Positions 10,073 through 15,163 of a stretch of 17,119 nucleotides of DNA are shown here, in pieces (position 1 is the first letter of the stretch; every line of letters begins with the position of its first letter). Source of the DNA: Deinococcales bacterium. Its GTDB lineage: Bacteria > Deinococcota > Deinococci > Deinococcales > JAAFIG01. The position numbers were made by a program, and so were the translations under genes. The stretch covers positions 1-17,119 of the forward strand of contig JANNVX010000099.1 in NCBI GenBank assembly GCA_031414595.1, written 5' to 3'. A model generated the notes under the pieces. That model did not search any database, was not told the DNA's origin, and was given only the letters and a program-made list of their open reading frames with translations.

Positions 10073-11230
10073 ATGGGGCTTCTCGAGTTTTATAACCTAA
10101 CCACACGACAAACCGAGTTCGTACTTTTAGCCAAGCACCTGGCTTCGAGCATGGCATCTCGAGCGGGTCTGTTTGACCAAAATGGCGAATTGCCAATCAG
10201 CAGTTTTACCGAATTAAAACAGAGCGCCTATCCAAAATTAACTGTTCCAGAGGCTTTTGGTGGACTTGGTGCGAATCTGCTCGAGTTTGTGCTGGCACAG
10301 ATTTGTTTATCCCAAGGCGATGCGGCTGTGGCTTTAACGGCTGCCATGAATGCCCATGTGATTGGTGGTGTAGCTGAATCTGGGGCTTGGAGTCTCGACA
10401 TCTCGAGTCGGATTTTTAAGGAAATCGTTACTCGAGGGGCGTTAATCAACGCGCTGGCTTCCGAACCAGAATTAGGCAGTCCATCTCGAGGTGGGGCGTT
10501 TCGCACAGTGGCAGAAAAAGTGGCGGGAGGCTGGCGATTATCGGGGCGTAAAAATTGGACGACTGGCGGGACTTGCCTAGATTTTTTCTTGGTTCATGCG
10601 TCATTGATTGGGGTTCTCGAGCCTACAGGACGAATGATTGTGCCAGTAAACGCTGACGGGGTGCGCTTTGAAAAAACTTGGATGGATGCCCTGAGCCTGC
10701 GTTCAAGTGCGGCGGATGATGTGGTTTTTGACCATGTTTTTGTTCCAGACTCGGACTTTATTGCCCCAACTGCCCCAAGTTCATCTGGTACAGCTTGGTT
10801 TTGGGCAGCCATAGCAGCCACTTATTTAGGAATTGGCATTGCTGCCCTTAATGAAGTGGTGCGGTACACAAAAACTCGAGTACCAACGGCGTTAGGTAAG
10901 CCAATCTCGAGTTTAGCAGGGGTGCAACAAAAAATTGGTTTGATTGAACTGACCTTAAAAGCGGCTCAGACAATGCTCTTTGAAACTTGTGAGCGCTGGG
11001 TGACATCGGAATCTCGAGACGAACTTCTGCCCGCTTTGGCTGGGGCAAAGTATTTATCTACCAATGCGGCTGTGACCGCCACAGATTTGGCGCTTCGGGT
11101 GGCGGGTGGCAATGCCCTGACCCGAGTTTTGAGTTTAGAGCGGCACTTTCGGGATGCTCGGGCTGGCTTGGTGCATCCGCCAAATGATGAAACTGCCCTC
11201 GAGATGATTGGACGCGCTCGGCTCGAGTAG
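10073..11230 (+). CDS. Acyl-CoA dehydrogenase family flavoprotein
   Basis: VPEAFGGLG, ASEPELGSPSRGG, LSGRKNWTTG, VVFDHVFVP and LERHFRDARAGLVHPP motifs. TATGAT at 10059-10064 lies 8 nt before the ATG. Confidence 0.9.
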   Translation: MGLLEFYNLTTRQTEFVLLAKHLASSMASRAGLFDQNGELPISSFTELKQSAYPKLTVPEAFGGLGANLLEFVLAQICLSQGDAAVALTAAMNAHVIGGVAESGAWSLDISSRIFKEIVTRGALINALASEPELGSPSRGGAFRTVAEKVAGGWRLSGRKNWTTGGTCLDFFLVHASLIGVLEPTGRMIVPVNADGVRFEKTWMDALSLRSSAADDVVFDHVFVPDSDFIAPTAPSSSGTAWFWAAIAATYLGIGIAALNEVVRYTKTRVPTALGKPISSLAGVQQKIGLIELTLKAAQTMLFETCERWVTSESRDELLPALAGAKYLSTNAAVTATDLALRVAGGNALTRVLSLERHFRDARAGLVHPPNDETALEMIGRARLE

Positions 11231-11260
11231 GAAACACTGTCCCAAAAGTTTGAAGTGAAT

Positions 11261-11503
11261 CTAAATACGTTGTGCTAAAAGAGTAATCGTGCGACCAAAG
11301 TACAAAATACTACGGTCAACACGATTATCTTGCAGGATGACTAAATCCGCAAATCCCATAGTACCCCAAACCCAAGACCAAATCACCCTTTCACTGCTTG
11401 AGCAGAAACCCAGTAGTTTCAATTTTTGGAGTCCTGCAATCAGTACGGTAATCACGGTTATATCAATCGTTAGAATCACATAAAGCATCGTTTTGACCTT
11501 CAT
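11261..11503 (-). other. Small hypothetical ORF or decayed continuation of the orphan stalk gene
   Basis: 80-aa ORF with an ATGA overlap to the upstream stop and a hydrophobic N-terminus. No recognisable family. Confidence 0.25.
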
Positions 11504-12058
11504 ACAAACAAAGACTTCACTGCCACACTCCCCACAGGCTTAACACTCGAGACTGGCGGCGTAACACTGCTAACACTCGAGGCACTAGGACTACTAACAC
11601 TCGAGACTGCACTCGGACTCGAGACACTAGCATTTGAACTGGTCACACTACTGGCATTCACACTTGGGGCAGTTGGAACACTATTTGGACTCGAGACACC
11701 AGAAGCAGTTACAGCTACCCCACTTGGAGCGGCTTGACTTGGGGCTTGGAGTGGGGTCACGGTGCTTCCTGTTGTACCAATGGTTGGACTCGAGACTGGG
11801 TTAGATGTGTTGGTTGGACTCGAGGGTGCTGGGGTTTGGGCTGTGGTTGTACCAATGGCTGGACTCGAGACTGCTGGGCTTGGATTGCTCGAGGTTTGTG
11901 TGCCGTTGGCTGGACTCGAGATTGGGTTACTGGCTGGTGCTGGACTACTTGGACTCGAGACTCCTGTGGTTGGACTTGTGACATTGCTGGCGCTATTGCT
12001 GGGTGGTGGGTTGCTCGAGCTTGGGCTGGTCACGCTCGAGGCGGTGGTGATTCTCGAG
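11500..12058 (-). pseudogene. Orphan fragment of the Ser/Thr/Pro-rich toxin stalk
   Basis: Encodes VSSP repeats and is nearly collinear with the stalk at the right end of the window (TPLQAPSQAAPSGVAVTAS...VTPPVSSVKPVG). It stops a few codons after homology ends. The first ~13 codons of the tracked ORF look like intergenic sequence. Confidence 0.65.
11534..11824. repeat. Direct repeat A, copy 1 (matches about 16787-17092)
   Basis: Long shared tracts, e.g. GCTACCCCACTTGGAGCGGCTTGACTTGGGGCTTGGAGTGGGGTCACG, with small in-frame indels between the copies. Confidence 0.9.
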
Positions 12059-12078
12059 AATTTTTCACAGCGCCTTGC

Positions 12079-12107
12079 TTCACAAGGATAGTCTATCATG
12101 TTATGCT
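12079..12107 (+). promoter_or_regulatory. Sigma70-type promoter for the small-protein gene
   Basis: TTCACA (12079-12084), 17-nt spacer, TATGCT (12102-12107), with an extended -10 TG. Confidence 0.5.
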
Positions 12108-12170
12108 TTTAGCGTAGCTTCTCTGGGTTGAAGGTTTGACCCCAAGGGTCGGAAATATCCTAACGGAGAA

Positions 12171-12199
12171 ACCCGCGCCCTAGATCAGAGGGTGCGGGT
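12171..12199. terminator. GC-rich hairpin (leader structure, or terminator of a minus-strand transcript)
   Basis: ACCCGCGCCCT-N7-AGGGTGCGGGT, an 11-bp stem. On the minus strand it is followed by TTCTCC. Confidence 0.55.
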
Positions 12200-12229
12200 A
12201 ATTTACCTCTGTTAAAGGAGGTGATAGTT

Positions 12230-12391
12230 ATTCCACACAAAAAGCCTACCAGAAAACGGCTAAAACCGCAAGGTTCAGCTAAGCACCAAAGAAAAATCCG
12301 TAAAACGGTAATTCAAGACGTGCAATTCTGGGCAGCCATTGTGACTTTGGTAAGTGGGATTGTTGCACTTATCATAATCGTCCTCAAGTAA
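12230..12391 (+). CDS. Small basic protein with a single C-terminal transmembrane helix (type I toxin-like)
   Basis: Strong SD AAAGGAGGTGA (12214-12224). In-frame GTG at 12221 (inside the SD) or ATT at 12230. Product (M)PHKKPTRKRLKPQGSAKHQRKIRKTVIQDVQFWAAIVTLVSGIVALIIIVLK*, 53 aa, followed by a terminator. Not in the ORF track. Confidence 0.65.
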   Translation: MPHKKPTRKRLKPQGSAKHQRKIRKTVIQDVQFWAAIVTLVSGIVALIIIVLK

Positions 12392-12414
12392 CCGAATAAC
12401 CCAAGAGGAGCTAC

Positions 12415-12440
12415 ACCCCGTCAGAGATGGCGGGGTTTTC
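12415..12440 (+). terminator. Rho-independent terminator
   Basis: ACCCCGTCA-GAGA-TGGCGGGGT followed by TTTC. Confidence 0.75.
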
Positions 12441-12573
12441 ATTGCTCGAGATTCCGCTAACCTACACAAGCACCGAGCGCGAGGCTCGAGCAGAAGCGGA
12501 GAAAGGTTGTAGCATACGAATTAGATGTGAAGGCAGGTAGCATAGAGCTTAGCTCCAAATACTTTGGAGGAAA

Positions 12574-12840
12574 TCAGAAGCGTAGAGAAGTCAAGGCAAT
12601 TTGGGCATCTTCACGCAAACGGGTTTCAGATATTTCAAATTCACTTTCTTGACCATCTAAGCAACCCGCCCAATAACAATCAACGGATGCAAACAACCGA
12701 TCCAATATATCAAATAACTCAAGATCATCTAGTAGTGAATCTGATTTGAATTCCTTTAGATAAGAATTTTCAAAGTTTTCAATAGTAATTTTTTGATCGA
12801 GAAAATTCTCAATCAGATGTATGTACTTTTCGCGGATCAC
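12574..12840 (-). CDS. Colicin D immunity-like protein
   Basis: 88-aa acidic protein with 'Y..LI..FL...I....FE..YL..FK......LF.ILD.LF..VD.Y....ISE..LR' pattern. Its GTG start overlaps the TGA of the upstream colicin D-like frame. Confidence 0.8.
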   Translation of the reverse strand: MIREKYIHLIENFLDQKITIENFENSYLKEFKSDSLLDDLELFDILDRLFASVDCYWAGCLDGQESEFEISETRLREDAQIALTSLRF

Positions 12841-13619
12841 CTATGCCCTCCGAGGCTACCAGTCGTCGTAACATATTGACTCTGTGCTGGAGAAAGCTTC
12901 CAACCACTAACAAACTCTCCTGCTGGATTCACCATGACGTTATTTCCTGTAATTGGATTGAAGTAATGTGTTACCGGATTTCCTAAATAAGTTCCACTAA
13001 TTACGAGAGTATTTGGATCAGCAATGTGTGATTGTAATGCCTGTTGAAAGATACCACCAGCTTGGCTATTAAAGTTTCCAGGTACTCCAAAATCTGCTGC
13101 GTGCTTAAACTTTTTCTGAAGTTGGGTCGGATCAAATGTGACACTGCAATTATGAACTAATCACTGCCCATCACCCACAAAATACGTGCCAGCCCCTTGC
13201 ACACTGATATTCCAAACCACTTCCACTCGAGCCGTGCATTTCACCTCGAGAACTCGACCCTCCCCACTCGAGCGGCGTAACACATCACCTTTCACAAGGT
13301 CTTTAGTTCCAACCCAATGGGATGAGAGGTTTTCGTGTCCCTCGGCTTTTGGTCGTGGGGTCTTATTCCCAAATTTCTGCACAAAGAACGGATGTTCAGC
13401 CGTGGTTTCAATCACCTCGAGTTGCTTGGAGTTCGTCTCGAGTTTTAGTCCATAGACTGGTTTTTCATGACTGCGTACATCAGTGATTTCATAAGTCCCT
13501 TTAGAATCGGAACTTTCGTCATAAGCAAGGACTTTATCGCCAATTTGTAAACTCGAGATTGCCACGGCTGTTAAGATGGTCTTCCCGACTTTCTTAAGGG
13601 TTTGGGTCAGGGTCTTCAT
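12837..13619 (-). pseudogene. Orphan Hint plus colicin D-like tRNase toxin module, interrupted by an in-frame TGA at 13161-13163
   Basis: The frame continues after the stop: LVHN|CSVTFDPTQLQKKFKHAADFGVPGNFNSQAGGIFQQALQSHIADPNTLVISGTYLGNPVTHYFNPITGNNVMVNPAGEFVSGWKLSPAQSQYVTTTGSLGGHR*. The paralog has TGG (Trp) at this position. The first Hint strand is missing. Confidence 0.85.
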
Positions 13620-13646
13620 GGGTTTTAGTCTACTCGAGTCTTGGCT
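13149..13646. repeat. Direct repeat B, copy 1 (Hint region; matches 15472-15969, offset 2323)
   Basis: About 500 bp, collinear with no net indel, roughly 90-95% identical by eye. Similarity ends at the HN|C junction. Confidence 0.92.
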
Positions 13647-13716
13647 GGTTATGCTCGAGAATAATGTAAGTATTTTAACTCTAGGAAAACCAAATTTGCT
13701 CTGCTACGATTCTATC

Positions 13717-14592
13717 ATGATGAACACCTTTATTAACCCCTTTACCGATTTTGGATTTAAGAAAATCTTTGGGGAGGAAGCCAGTAAACCTCACTTAATT
13801 GATTTCCTTAATTCCCTACTGCCAGATGATGCCAAAATAGCTGATTTGAGTTTCAAGAACCTCGAGCAACTGCCCCGCTCTGAGGATGAACGCAAAGCTG
13901 TTTACGACATTTACTGCCAAGGCGTGAATGGTGAGTATTTTATTGTTGAATTGCAGAAAGTAAAACAAATTAACTTTAAGGACAGAACCATTTATTACTC
14001 GAGTTTCCCAATTCAAGACCAAGCACCCAAAGGAGACTGGGATTACCTGCTTCATCCCGTGTATTGCGTTGGTGTTTTAGGCTTTACCTTCGATGATAGC
14101 AAAGCCAATCGAACAGAAGTGGTTCATAAGGTTGAACTCAAAGACCAGAACAATGAAGTATTCTACAAAAAACTCACTTTTATTTATCTCGAGATGCCAA
14201 ATTTTCATAAGCCACTCGAGCAATTAGAAACACGCCTAGACAAGTGGTTGTACTTCTTAAAGAACTTAGTAGACTTACAACAGATTCCAGAATTGTTTAA
14301 GGAAGAAGCGTTTTTGTCTGCCTTTGAAACAGCTAAATACGCGAATCTCGAGCCGAGTGAACGAGATAGTTATGAACAAAGCCTGAAAATTATGCGAGAT
14401 AATTACTCGGCGTTCAAATCAGCAAGAGAAGAAGGGTTGCTCGAGGGGGAAGCTCGAGGGGAAGCTCGAGGGGAACTGAATGCCAACTTAAAGACAGCCC
14501 GAAACCTAAAAGCCTTGGGGATGAGCTTGGAGCAAATCGCAGATGCAACGGGTCTGAGTGAAGAGAGTTTAAGGCAGAACGGAATTTCTTAG
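13717..14592 (+). CDS. Rpn family recombination-promoting nuclease / PD-(D/E)XK putative transposase (PDDEXK_2 type)
   Basis: FINPFTDFGFKKIFG, YDIYC...FIVELQ, RTIYY, LDKWLYFLK, EGEARGEARGE repeats and a C-terminal ARNLKALGMSLEQIADATGLS HTH. Start reassigned to ATG 13717, 6 nt after TGC-TACGAT. Confidence 0.92.
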   Translation: MMNTFINPFTDFGFKKIFGEEASKPHLIDFLNSLLPDDAKIADLSFKNLEQLPRSEDERKAVYDIYCQGVNGEYFIVELQKVKQINFKDRTIYYSSFPIQDQAPKGDWDYLLHPVYCVGVLGFTFDDSKANRTEVVHKVELKDQNNEVFYKKLTFIYLEMPNFHKPLEQLETRLDKWLYFLKNLVDLQQIPELFKEEAFLSAFETAKYANLEPSERDSYEQSLKIMRDNYSAFKSAREEGLLEGEARGEARGELNANLKTARNLKALGMSLEQIADATGLSEESLRQNGIS

Positions 14593-14606
14593 CCTCGAGA
14601 GAAACT

Positions 14607-14634
14607 AAACCCCGCTTGAGATAGCGGGGTTTTT
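14607..14634 (+). terminator. Rho-independent terminator, possibly bidirectional
   Basis: AAACCCCGCT-TGAGAT-AGCGGGGTTT-TTT, lying between convergent genes. Confidence 0.85.
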
Positions 14635-14803
14635 ACTGGCTCGAGATTTTGTGATTTGCTACTACACAAGCACCAAGGGCAGGCTCGAGATGCGGTCATT
14701 TGTGGAGCAAGCACAGACATTGTGGTGTGATGTGATTGCGACCCTAAAACTAAGGCTTCAAGGACGAGAATTACGAGCTAAAATTCAGTAAAGTTGATTT
14801 GTT

Positions 14804-15163
14804 TCATGAATTTTCCAACTCAAGCCACTTAGAACTTTGTGTATATCGAACAGGAAACGAGCGCAATCGCTCAAGTATTTCATTTCTTAATGACTGAATG
14901 GTTTGTTGAAAACTTTCTTCCGAAAACTTTAGACTTTCGTAGTCTTCGAGAAACAAAGTTTTATGTAGCATTAAAATAGTAGATTCGTTGAAATCCATTG
15001 ACTTCAAAACGTCAATACAGTACGGGTTAAACAACCGATCACCAAAAAAATCTAAAGCATTTCTGTCAAAAGACACCAAATCAAGTGTGCCTAAAAGTAC
15101 AGTGAGAAAGAGAACTTCGCTCTCAAAAGGTGCATCTTTAGACAAAATAAGTCTGGGAATCAT
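14804..15163 (-). CDS. Putative immunity protein, DUF3969-like
   Basis: 119 aa; ATGA overlap with the toxin stop. 'LG.L.......LFNPY....L.......I..LH....LED.ESL' pattern recalled for DUF3969. Confidence 0.7.
   Translation of the reverse strand: MIPRLILSKDAPFESEVLFLTVLLGTLDLVSFDRNALDFFGDRLFNPYCIDVLKSMDFNESTILMLHKTLFLEDYESLKFSEESFQQTIQSLRNEILERLRSFPVRYTQSSKWLELENS

Noticed and set aside
1064-11048. Many short ORFs antisense to or overlapping the metabolic genes (e.g. 4133-4906, 3659-4066, 9159-9560)
   Set aside because: Shadow frames of well-supported genes, with no motifs or expression signals.
11545-12058. GGACTCGAGAC repeats as a CRISPR array
   Set aside because: The repeats are too short and irregularly spaced, they preserve a reading frame, and no cas genes are present.
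11734-12117. Repetitive plus-strand ORFs (GLET and WTRD repeats; also 16736-17002)
   Set aside because: Antisense read-outs of the VSSP stalk. The minus frame is the one continuous with the toxin gene.
12119-12199. Known riboswitch or ribozyme class
   Set aside because: The region is structured, but I could not match the conserved core of any named class. It is reported only as a structured leader.
12275-12469. 64-aa minus-strand ORF
   Set aside because: It runs through a terminator and is antisense to the better-supported small plus-strand gene.
13161-13163. TGA as Trp (alternative genetic code) or selenocysteine
   Set aside because: TGA is used as a real stop in several overlapped genes here (929, 3093, 4484, 15160), and Trp is TGG in the paralog.
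13576-13716. N-terminal extension of Rpn
   Set aside because: It is antisense to the orphan Hint region and spans the promoter. The family motif starts at MMNTFINPFTDFGFK.
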